IMG/VR virus record: IMGVR_UViG_3300030330_000778
Span: 1 to 56,730 of that record
Source: a virus
Taxonomy: Duplodnaviria > Caudoviricetes
Reading direction: 5' to 3' (one strand)
DNA: 56,730 nucleotides
The notes under the pieces were generated by a model. It saw only the letters and a program-made list of their open reading frames with translations, made no database searches and had not been told where the DNA came from. The translations under genes and the position numbers were made by a program. Position 1 is the first letter of the stretch. Each line of letters starts with the position of its first letter. Of the stretch, positions 49,026 through 56,730 are shown one piece after another.

Positions 49026-49989
49026 ATTAAAATTACAAGATCAAAGAGATTACTTTAAACCGTTTCATTATCCTTGGGCTTATGATGCATGGCTCAAGCA
49101 TGAGCAATCACATTGGTTACATACAGAAGTACCAATGCTTGAAGATGTTAAAGATTGGAAAAACAAACTAAGCACAGAAGAAAAATACTTTCTTACTAAT
49201 ATATTTAGATTCTTTACACAGTCAGATATAGATGTGTCTGGTGGCTATGTAGAAAATTATTTACCACATTTTCCACAACCAGAAGTACGTATGATGCTAT
49301 CTTCTTTCTGTTCAAGAGAAGCATTACATGTAGCAGCTTACTCACATCTTATTGAATCTCTTGGTATGCCAGACAGCACATACAATGAGTTTAATGAATA
49401 TGAAGCTATGAGAGATAAGCATGAGTTTTTTAAAGATCATGTATCAAAACAAAACGTACCAATACCTCTACAGATTGCAGCTATATCTGCTTTTACAGAG
49501 GGACTAGCATTGTTCTCTTCTTTTATTATGTTATTAAACTTTCCTAGACATGGTAAAATGAAAGGCATGGGACAAATAGTTACATGGTCTATCGTGGATG
49601 AAACACAACACGCAGAAGGTATGATTAAATTATTTAGAACTTACATAGAAGAAAATAGAGGGGTTTGGAATGACAAAACAAAATCAGAAATCTATAAAAC
49701 GGCAAGTAAGATGGTTGATTTGGAGGATAAATTTGTCGATCTGGCGTTTAAGATGGGAGCAGTGGATGGACTCACACCTGAAGAAGTTAAAACGTATATT
49801 CGTTATATAGCAGATCGTAGATTAATATCTATGGGTATGAAAGGTATTTACAAAGTTAAAACTAATCCACTACCTTGGGTTGAGACTATGATCAATGCTC
49901 CTACTCATACAAACTTCTTTGAGAACAGAGCTACAGACTATGCTAAAGGTGCATTGCAAGGAGACTGGTCTGATGTTTGGGCTAATTAA
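49018..49989 (+). CDS. nrdB: Class Ia ribonucleotide reductase beta subunit
   Basis: FFTQSD, EALH...Y (radical Tyr), EG..LF, DETQH, NFFE. Confidence 0.95.
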   Translation: MNKLKLQDQRDYFKPFHYPWAYDAWLKHEQSHWLHTEVPMLEDVKDWKNKLSTEEKYFLTNIFRFFTQSDIDVSGGYVENYLPHFPQPEVRMMLSSFCSREALHVAAYSHLIESLGMPDSTYNEFNEYEAMRDKHEFFKDHVSKQNVPIPLQIAAISAFTEGLALFSSFIMLLNFPRHGKMKGMGQIVTWSIVDETQHAEGMIKLFRTYIEENRGVWNDKTKSEIYKTASKMVDLEDKFVDLAFKMGAVDGLTPEEVKTYIRYIADRRLISMGMKGIYKVKTNPLPWVETMINAPTHTNFFENRATDYAKGALQGDWSDVWAN

Positions 49990-50154
49990 ATGAAATGTTT
50001 ACACTGTAATACTGAGATGATTTGTGGTGGTAATCACGATGCTGAAGAAGAAGACTATGAAACGTATGTAGTCTCAACAAATTTTAGTTGTCCAAAATGT
50101 GATAGCTTTGCTATGTTTTATTCTTCTAAAGAGGGTTGGGAAAATAATGTTTGA
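49990..50154 (+). CDS. 54-aa Zn-ribbon microprotein (below cutoff)
   Basis: MKCLHC...CPKC. Confidence 0.55.
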   Translation: MKCLHCNTEMICGGNHDAEEEDYETYVVSTNFSCPKCDSFAMFYSSKEGWENNV

Positions 50155-50356
50155 TAATAGTAAAAAACATTTACAAGATGTCAACATGACATACTGGCAG
50201 CACTTTAGATTTGTTCTTAGTTGTCTACCCTATTTATTTTTTGCTACAGTATTTTTTATTATACATGCAATAGTACCGGGGTTATTTACTAACACAGCAA
50301 GTGCAATAGTATCAGAGTTAGATTTTAAATTAATGTTAAGTAAAAAAAGTTCTTGA
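50147..50356 (+). CDS. Small membrane protein (DUF6356-like)
   Basis: HL...MTYWQH...IHAIVP.LF..TAS. Confidence 0.65.
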   Translation: MFDNSKKHLQDVNMTYWQHFRFVLSCLPYLFFATVFFIIHAIVPGLFTNTASAIVSELDFKLMLSKKSS

Positions 50357-50381
50357 CAGATAGTGATTTATACTGTATAAT
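50353..50381 (+). promoter_or_regulatory. Perfect sigma70 consensus promoter upstream of hsp20
   Basis: TTGACA-17-TATAAT. Confidence 0.85.
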
Positions 50382-50437
50382 ATAGTAGTGATGCTAATAA
50401 TAGGTCACATTAACTAAGCTTAATATAGGAGTTAATT

Positions 50438-50860
50438 ATGTTTCCATATACAGATTCAATGGTAAAAAACTTTTTAGAAAACTCAATAGGATTTGATAGT
50501 TTATTATACAGTCTAAAGGAGCAGACAAATCAGTACCCACCTTATGATATAATTAAACACTCTAATACTTCCTATGAGATTACATTAGCACTTGCTGGTT
50601 TTTCTAAAGAAGACATTGCTGTAATACAAGAAAAAAATACCGTTACTATCTCTAATAATAAAAAGATAAATGATGTAGGAACTACTGTAGATAAAAAATA
50701 TATACATAATGGTATTGCTAAAAGACCATTTACAAAAAAGTTTTCACTACTACAAAATGCTGTCATAAGTGATGTATCTTTTGAGGATGGACTATTAACA
50801 CTACACATTAATATTGTAGTTCCTGAAGAAGAGAAACCTAAACAAATAGAAATACAATAG
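50438..50860 (+). CDS. hsp20: Small heat-shock protein Hsp20 (IbpA-like)
   Basis: YPPYDI, LALAGF, GIAKR.F, DGLL, PEEEKPK.I.I. Confidence 0.93.
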   Translation: MFPYTDSMVKNFLENSIGFDSLLYSLKEQTNQYPPYDIIKHSNTSYEITLALAGFSKEDIAVIQEKNTVTISNNKKINDVGTTVDKKYIHNGIAKRPFTKKFSLLQNAVISDVSFEDGLLTLHINIVVPEEEKPKQIEIQ

Positions 50861-50866
50861 AACTAT

Positions 50867-50897
50867 AGAGGGGTAGGTAAAACTACCTCTCTCTTTT
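50867..50897 (+). terminator. Hairpin terminator after hsp20
   Basis: AGAGGGGTAG / CTACCTCTCT + CTTTT. Confidence 0.65.
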
Positions 50898-50908
50898 CTG
50901 GAGAAGAC

Positions 50909-51679
50909 ATGAGAAAAGCACCTAATACAATTTATATAGGTTATGATCCTAAAGAACAAGTAGCCTATGATGTTTTAAGATTTACAATAGAACGTATCTC
51001 TGTAGAGAATGTTCGTATAGTGCCTATAAAAAAAGATATTTTAGAACTTAACGGTATGTATACAAGAACACACACTACTGTTGAAGGGCAACACATAGAC
51101 GATATTGATGGTAAACCTTTCTCTAGTGAGTTTAGTTTTACACGTTTTCTTGTGCCAGCCATGAATATGTATGAAGGATGGGCTTTGTATATGGATTGTG
51201 ATATGTATCCACGTACAGATATTAATGAATTGTTTAAAGAATATGATAATGATTTCTATCCTTTATATTGTGTAAAACATAAGTATGAACCGGGTGATGG
51301 TATCAAAATGGATGGTAAAGTACAGCAGAACTATCGTAGAAAAAACTGGTCTAGTTTTATTCTTTGGAACTGTAGTCATCCTTACAATAAAAAAATAACA
51401 CCACAAATTGTCAACTCTCAAACAGGACAATGGCTTCATGCTTTTGGTTGGTTGCCAGATAAAGAAGCTGACATTGGTTCTATACATGAAGAATGGAATT
51501 GGTTAGACAATCACTCACCTACTGAAGTTGAAGCTAAGAATGTACACTTTACTACAGGTGGTCCTTGGTTTAAAAGTTGGAGATCTGGTAGAAAAATTGA
51601 TGGTCAGTATGCAGCAGAATGGAACGCTGATTATACTTATCTTGCAGGAACAGGACAAATAAAAGCTTATGAAATATAA
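50909..51679 (+). CDS. GT-A fold glycosyltransferase (GT8-like)
   Basis: IYIGYD, SEFSFTRFLVP, YMDCD (DxD), RKNWSS, WNWL, HFT.GGPW. Confidence 0.85.
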   Translation: MRKAPNTIYIGYDPKEQVAYDVLRFTIERISVENVRIVPIKKDILELNGMYTRTHTTVEGQHIDDIDGKPFSSEFSFTRFLVPAMNMYEGWALYMDCDMYPRTDINELFKEYDNDFYPLYCVKHKYEPGDGIKMDGKVQQNYRRKNWSSFILWNCSHPYNKKITPQIVNSQTGQWLHAFGWLPDKEADIGSIHEEWNWLDNHSPTEVEAKNVHFTTGGPWFKSWRSGRKIDGQYAAEWNADYTYLAGTGQIKAYEI

Positions 51680-54050
51680 AGTAGTTACGTGTTTTGATGA
51701 AACACTTTTAAAAATTAATGGATCAAAATTAATAGAACAATTTGCCTCAAGCTGGCAACCTAATATAGAGTTTCATTGTTATTATTATAATTTAGATATA
51801 TCTAATTATTCTTTACCTGATAAAGATAATATTCATTATCATAATTTAAATAATATAGATGGCTTCTCTGAGTTTATGGAGCGTAATAAAACTCATGATG
51901 GTACAGAGGGTGGTAGTATAGAATATAATGCTATTATTGATGTAATATCAGAAGCACCTAAATTATTTTCTATAAGTGAACAAGCATTTAATGATAATAA
52001 CTCTTGGCTGTTTTGGTTAGATGCTAATTGCTGCACAGTGAGAGACATAAGACTAAATAGTTTAAAGACTATTTTTAGTGATGACAATAATGCACTATCT
52101 TTAGCCTTAGTTGAACATAGAAATCATTTTGCTGCTTTCAATTTACAAAGCCAACCTGTAGTAGAACTTCTTGCTGATATAAAAGGAGCATATATTACAG
52201 ATAGGTTTACAAATTATAGAGAGTGGGGATTTAATTTTATACTAGGTTCTATCTTACCTTTGTATCAAGCACGAGGATTAAACTATAAACTATTTACAGA
52301 AAATAGTATTAATGTATTAAATAATTTATTTGTAGATCTACGTGATCCAGCATCTAGAAAACTACGAGATGCTAAAGGTAATAGAATAGTTCCTCTATCT
52401 AATAAAGAAACATCACCAGATATATTACCGGGAAGATATAAACAACTTGCAGATATTATTAGACACTATAAACCACAAACTATTTTAGAAACAGGTACAT
52501 GGAATGGTGGCAGGGCTATAGAAATGGCTCTTGCTATATTTGAAAAATCAGATAAAGCACACTACATTGGTTATGATTTATTTGAAGATGCTACACCAGA
52601 GATAGATCAAGAAGAATTTAATTCTAAAGCTCACAATACTTTAGCTGCTGTAACAGCTAGACTAGAAGAGTTTAAAGAGTTTGTTAAAAAAGAAAGAGGT
52701 AAAGAGTTTACTTTTAAATTAATTAAAGGTGATGTAAAAGATGTACTTGATAGTAAAGAAAATAACAGTATTGATTTTGCTCTCATTGGTAGTGGTAATA
52801 GCTACGATACTGTAGCCCATGAATATCTATGTTTAAAAAATATTCCTATTGTTGTTGCTGATCATTACTTTACAAAAGATGAAGCAGAGGAAATGCCCCC
52901 TGCTATTTATCAGGGTGTAAATGATGTTTTTAAATCTGTACCTACAAAAAAAGTAAAAGCAGATGAAGTTCCAGATGTAGATGGTTGGCATACATTTGAT
53001 GATAATTCTACAACAAGAAAGTATGTGCTACCATCTAGCGATAGAGTTCTTGGTGGTGGCACTACACATTTAGTTGTCTTCCTTCATGATCCTGATTTAA
53101 AAGATATACCAGAAGATGTTAAACGTGTACCTATAGTAGTGCATCCTAGAGACTGTGTACCTAAAGATTATATTGTAAGTAATATACAAACAAATATAAA
53201 ACTTATAGGTAATGATAAATGGATTTCTAAGCATCCATCTCATAGAGAAATAGGTATTGTTGTATCTGCTGGCCCATATTTAAATTATGCAGAACTAAAA
53301 GAATTTATACATAAAAAATTAGAGAAAGGTATTAGACCTAAAATACTAACTGTTAAACATGCTTATCCTAATTTATTAAAACATGGTATAAAACCTTGGG
53401 GATGTATTGTTCTTGATCCTCGTTCAATAGAAGGTAAAAGCACACATAATATTGTGCGTAAAGATTTGTTTAAAGATATAGATAAAGATACTTTATTCTT
53501 TGTTGCATCTATGACAGACCCATCTGTTACTAAACATATTAAAGATAGTAAAGGTAAAATATGGGGTTGGCATGCTTTTACAGATTTTATGAGAAAAGAA
53601 CAAGAACGAGGCACACAGATAGTTAATCAAACTGTACAGCTTAATGAAGAGTTAGGTATACCACAAGGAGCTACATTAATTACAGGTGGTACTTGTGCAG
53701 CTATGCGTGGTATAGGTTTGATGCACACAATGGGCTTCAGAGAAATACATTTATTTGGTTATGATTGTTGCCGTGAAGAACCAACAGCAGAAGAGAAGAC
53801 AGAAACTACAGGTGATATAGAGGGTGGTGAAACACCTAAACCTAAATACATACAAGTTAATGTAGGAGATACTACATACTGGACTACAGGTGAGCTTTTA
53901 GCTATGGCTCAAGACTGTGAGAAAGTATTTGAAGATCCCGGCCTTGAAGGTGTATTAGAACTTCATGGTAAAAATACAATGATCTCTGCTTTATGGGATA
54001 TTAAAAAGAGTAAGGAGAAACGTCCACCGTTTGCAGGATATTATGATTGA
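51669..54050 (+). CDS. Multidomain GT-like + SAM methyltransferase + Maf/DUF115-like transferase
   Basis: N-term WLDAN GT-like; ILETGTWNG..YIGYDLFE MTase; VVSAGP, GGTCAAMR...GFREIHLFGYD Maf-like. Confidence 0.7.
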   Translation: MKYKVVTCFDETLLKINGSKLIEQFASSWQPNIEFHCYYYNLDISNYSLPDKDNIHYHNLNNIDGFSEFMERNKTHDGTEGGSIEYNAIIDVISEAPKLFSISEQAFNDNNSWLFWLDANCCTVRDIRLNSLKTIFSDDNNALSLALVEHRNHFAAFNLQSQPVVELLADIKGAYITDRFTNYREWGFNFILGSILPLYQARGLNYKLFTENSINVLNNLFVDLRDPASRKLRDAKGNRIVPLSNKETSPDILPGRYKQLADIIRHYKPQTILETGTWNGGRAIEMALAIFEKSDKAHYIGYDLFEDATPEIDQEEFNSKAHNTLAAVTARLEEFKEFVKKERGKEFTFKLIKGDVKDVLDSKENNSIDFALIGSGNSYDTVAHEYLCLKNIPIVVADHYFTKDEAEEMPPAIYQGVNDVFKSVPTKKVKADEVPDVDGWHTFDDNSTTRKYVLPSSDRVLGGGTTHLVVFLHDPDLKDIPEDVKRVPIVVHPRDCVPKDYIVSNIQTNIKLIGNDKWISKHPSHREIGIVVSAGPYLNYAELKEFIHKKLEKGIRPKILTVKHAYPNLLKHGIKPWGCIVLDPRSIEGKSTHNIVRKDLFKDIDKDTLFFVASMTDPSVTKHIKDSKGKIWGWHAFTDFMRKEQERGTQIVNQTVQLNEELGIPQGATLITGGTCAAMRGIGLMHTMGFREIHLFGYDCCREEPTAEEKTETTGDIEGGETPKPKYIQVNVGDTTYWTTGELLAMAQDCEKVFEDPGLEGVLELHGKNTMISALWDIKKSKEKRPPFAGYYD

Positions 54051-54750
54051 ATACATAGAACAATATAACAGAGACAATCCATCTCAAAGATATAAAGATT
54101 TACTAAAACAATATGAACAGATGCACTCACTTGATGAGGGTATGTTTAATGGTAGAAGTCTAGTAAGATTTGCTGGTCCAATTAAACAAATAATTAAAAA
54201 GCATGGTTGTGAAACTTTATTAGATTATGGTTGTGGTAAAGGACATCCTTACACAGATAAGTTTCATACTGTTCCTGACTCTGATTTCTTAGATAAACCA
54301 ATACATGAGTTTTGGGGTATAAAAGATATTACTCTTTATGATCCCGGTGAGGAAGAACATAATAAATTACCAACTGGAGTTTATGATATTGTAGTAAACA
54401 CAGATGTTTTAGAACATGTGCCATATCAAGACCTAGCTTGGGTTATTAAAGAGATATTAAACTACTCTACTAACGTAGTATTTCTTAATATATGTTGTCT
54501 ACCTGCAATGAAACATTTTCCTAATGGTGAGAATGTACACGTATCTCTTTATCCTGTAGAAGAATGGCTACAATTTATTGCTAGAATATCAGTGGACTAT
54601 CCGTATCTAACTATATATGTTTATGCTGATGATAAAAATAATGATAAGTATCGTTTAAACTCATATAAAATAATACCAAGACCAACAATAATACCATTAA
54701 AGACAGCCCCTAAAAAAGATTATGAATCAGAATTACAAAGGTGGGATTAA
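54043..54750 (+). CDS. Class I SAM-dependent methyltransferase
   Basis: LLDYGCGKG, YDP, DIVVNTDVLEHVP. Confidence 0.88.
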   Translation: MIEYIEQYNRDNPSQRYKDLLKQYEQMHSLDEGMFNGRSLVRFAGPIKQIIKKHGCETLLDYGCGKGHPYTDKFHTVPDSDFLDKPIHEFWGIKDITLYDPGEEEHNKLPTGVYDIVVNTDVLEHVPYQDLAWVIKEILNYSTNVVFLNICCLPAMKHFPNGENVHVSLYPVEEWLQFIARISVDYPYLTIYVYADDKNNDKYRLNSYKIIPRPTIIPLKTAPKKDYESELQRWD

Positions 54751-55071
54751 TTGACTGTATTAAAATATAATAGATTTTATTATGATCCATTACCTAGTAA
54801 TGTGGAGATTAAAGAAAGTCCTATACATGGTCATGGTATCTTTGCTAAAGAAAATATTAAATCTAAAACAGATTTAGGTTCTACTCATATTAAATATCCT
54901 ATGATTATAGGTTATATAAGAACACCTCTAGGTGGTTTTATAAATCATTCAGATAATCCAAATTGTTATTTAGTTATATCACAAGATTGGGATGACTATC
55001 TAATTTATAATATACTAACATCTAGAAAAATATTAAAGAATGAAGAAATACTTTTAGACTATGAGGTATAA
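54751..55071 (+). CDS. SET-domain protein (putative lysine methyltransferase)
   Basis: SPIHGHGIFA, FINHSDNPNC, EEILLDY. Confidence 0.85.
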   Translation: MTVLKYNRFYYDPLPSNVEIKESPIHGHGIFAKENIKSKTDLGSTHIKYPMIIGYIRTPLGGFINHSDNPNCYLVISQDWDDYLIYNILTSRKILKNEEILLDYEV

Positions 55072-55082
55072 GGAGTAACATA

Positions 55083-55487
55083 ATGTTAGGAATAGCAGAC
55101 AGTGTTATAGGTGTAGCTGGTAAAGTTCTTGATAAGTTTGTAGAAGATAAAGATCTCAAGACTAAATTAAATGCTGAACTAAAACAACAAATGATTAGTC
55201 TTGATCTTGCTCAAGCACAGGCTAATATAGAACAAGCTAAACATCCTTCTATATTTGTTTCAGGAGCTAGACCTGCTATTATGTGGATCTGTGCATTTTC
55301 TTTAGGTTGGCAGTTCATACTTGCACCTATAGCATCATGGGTTATTTTAACTTGGTATCCAATGGTTACACTACCTGTACTAGAAACAGGTGAACTTACA
55401 AGTTTAGTTCTTGCATTACTAGGACTTGGTGGTATGAGAACAGCAGAAAAGTGGAAGGGTGTGGCTAGAAACAATATGAAACAATGA
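55083..55487 (+). CDS. 3TM-type holin-like protein
   Basis: RPAIMW, LLGLGGMRT.EK motifs. Confidence 0.75.
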   Translation: MLGIADSVIGVAGKVLDKFVEDKDLKTKLNAELKQQMISLDLAQAQANIEQAKHPSIFVSGARPAIMWICAFSLGWQFILAPIASWVILTWYPMVTLPVLETGELTSLVLALLGLGGMRTAEKWKGVARNNMKQ

Positions 55488-55825
55488 AAGCAGGAAAAGT
55501 TTGGGGTGAGACATACTCTGTATTTAAAAATGGTGTATTTGAATTTCATCATATAAAATTTAATAAAGGTAGTAAATGTAGTAAACATAAACACAAGTAT
55601 AAGTGGAATGGATTCTATGTTACTAAAGGTGAACTAGTTATTAGAGTGTGGAAAAATAATTATGATCTTGTAGATGAAACATTTCTTAAAGAAGGAGAAT
55701 GGACTACAGTAGGGCCGGGAGAGTATCATCAGTTTGAAGCTGTATCAGATGGAGAAGCTCTTGAATTATATTGGGCTGAGTTTGATCATGATGATATAGA
55801 TCGTGAGACAGTAGGAGAAAGATAA
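55484..55825 (+). CDS. Cupin-domain protein
   Basis: KVWG, CSKHKH..K...FYV..G, PGEYHQF. Confidence 0.8.
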   Translation: MKAGKVWGETYSVFKNGVFEFHHIKFNKGSKCSKHKHKYKWNGFYVTKGELVIRVWKNNYDLVDETFLKEGEWTTVGPGEYHQFEAVSDGEALELYWAEFDHDDIDRETVGER

Positions 55826-56289
55826 TGGCTCTTAATGAAAAACAAGAAAAGTTTGCACAGTCATACATACTACATCATAATGCTACAGAGGCTGCAAAGA
55901 ACGCTGGTTATGCTCCTGACTCAGCAGCTAATCAAGGCTACCGTCTTATGCAGAATCAAGAGATTGTTGATAGAGTACATGAACTAGAGCAACAACTTGA
56001 AACAGATGTAGATGTTATAAATGAATTAGAAAAACAATATGAGTTTGCAAAGAACAATGGTCATTCTAATAGCGCACTCAAAGCTCTAGAATTATTATCT
56101 AGAATACGTGGTGCTGGTAGTGATATTAATAATGGTTTAGATAAAGACACATTAGAAACATCTATAGTGGGTTGTCTTAATACATTAGGAGAAGAAAAAG
56201 TTTTAAATCTGTTAGGAAAGTGTGACTTTGCTAACAATATATTTGAGGGGCAAGATGAAGAACATGATGAAAAAATGGAAAGTGTATGA
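55825..56289 (+). CDS. terS: Terminase small subunit
   Basis: LNEKQEKF..Y...NATEAA..AGY...A...GYRL HTH; ALELL motif. Confidence 0.8.
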   Translation: MALNEKQEKFAQSYILHHNATEAAKNAGYAPDSAANQGYRLMQNQEIVDRVHELEQQLETDVDVINELEKQYEFAKNNGHSNSALKALELLSRIRGAGSDINNGLDKDTLETSIVGCLNTLGEEKVLNLLGKCDFANNIFEGQDEEHDEKMESV

Positions 56290-56380
56290 TTTAAATGGTA
56301 ATATAGTTATAATTACTACATATAAGAAGATTGCACTATACTATTTTGAAAAAAAAGAGGCTGTATTGGCCTCTGAGTAG
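56264..56380 (+). CDS. 38-aa microprotein spanning the allele breakpoint
   Basis: MMKKWKVYDLNGNIVIITTYKKIALYYFEKKEAVLASE; the other allele ends EAILLAE (stop 106..108). Confidence 0.5.
   Translation: MMKKWKVYDLNGNIVIITTYKKIALYYFEKKEAVLASE
56349..56374 (-). terminator. Terminator of the structural arm (HNH-free allele)
   Basis: AGAGGC-caataca-GCCTC followed by T8 on minus strand. Confidence 0.6.
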
Positions 56381-56451
56381 CCATCTAACCTCTTTAGTAT
56401 ACTAACCTACCACAAACACATAGATTGCTCTGTATGGGCAGCTATACCCCC

Positions 56452-56712
56452 TTAACGTGGATTTCGTCCTAATTTACCTGCTTGATAAGCAGCAGCACCA
56501 AAGTAAGCTGCAATTAATCCTGACAAAGCTAGATAAGCCATCTCCATGACATTGTTATTACCATAACGATCTGGATCAGCTACAATACATACAGTCATAG
56601 CAAACAACATTCCCATAACCAACCAAGCCATTCGTCTTCTATTTGTTTGATACACAGATTTATCTGGTATCATATCTTTTTTATCTTCTTCATACATCAT
56701 TTCACCTACCAT
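56452..56712 (-). CDS. Small two-TM membrane protein (allele B of 467..724)
   Basis: Same protein except I>V and the C-terminal end. Confidence 0.55.
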   Translation of the reverse strand: MVGEMMYEEDKKDMIPDKSVYQTNRRRMAWLVMGMLFAMTVCIVADPDRYGNNNVMEMAYLALSGLIAAYFGAAAYQAGKLGRNPR

Positions 56713-56730
56713 TTTTACTCCTTATATATT

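Noticed and set aside
1-56730. tRNA/rRNA genes, integrase, RNA polymerase, DNA methyltransferase, introns/inteins
   Set aside because: None recognised by eye; core genes have uninterrupted normal lengths. tRNAscan and Infernal were not run

Overview
Essentially complete (~56 kb, AT-rich) genome of a lytic tailed dsDNA phage, podovirus-like and probably marine. A GcrA-like gene and a LexA-box-like site suggest an alphaproteobacterial host. The assembly is circularly permuted with two converging arms. The minus arm (30367->467) carries TerL, portal, GroES-like protein, scaffold, major capsid, a cluster of tiny K/R-rich proteins, tail and ejection proteins, and lysis genes. The plus arm (30951->56380) carries early genes, T7-like primase-helicase and PolA (no RNA polymerase or integrase seen), class I RNR, Hsp20, a glycosyl/methyltransferase + SET-domain cassette, holin and TerS. 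The contig ends are two alleles of one locus, with and without an HNH endonuclease. The most notable signals are the GT-MTase-Maf/DUF115-SET modification cassette, the protamine-like microproteins with a shared xxGGx(V/I) motif, apparent genome-wide avoidance of CCWGG, a twice-repeated perfect 20-bp palindrome near the likely genome end, and a hairpin-bridged ribosome binding site. All family calls come from motif recognition by eye, not database searches.
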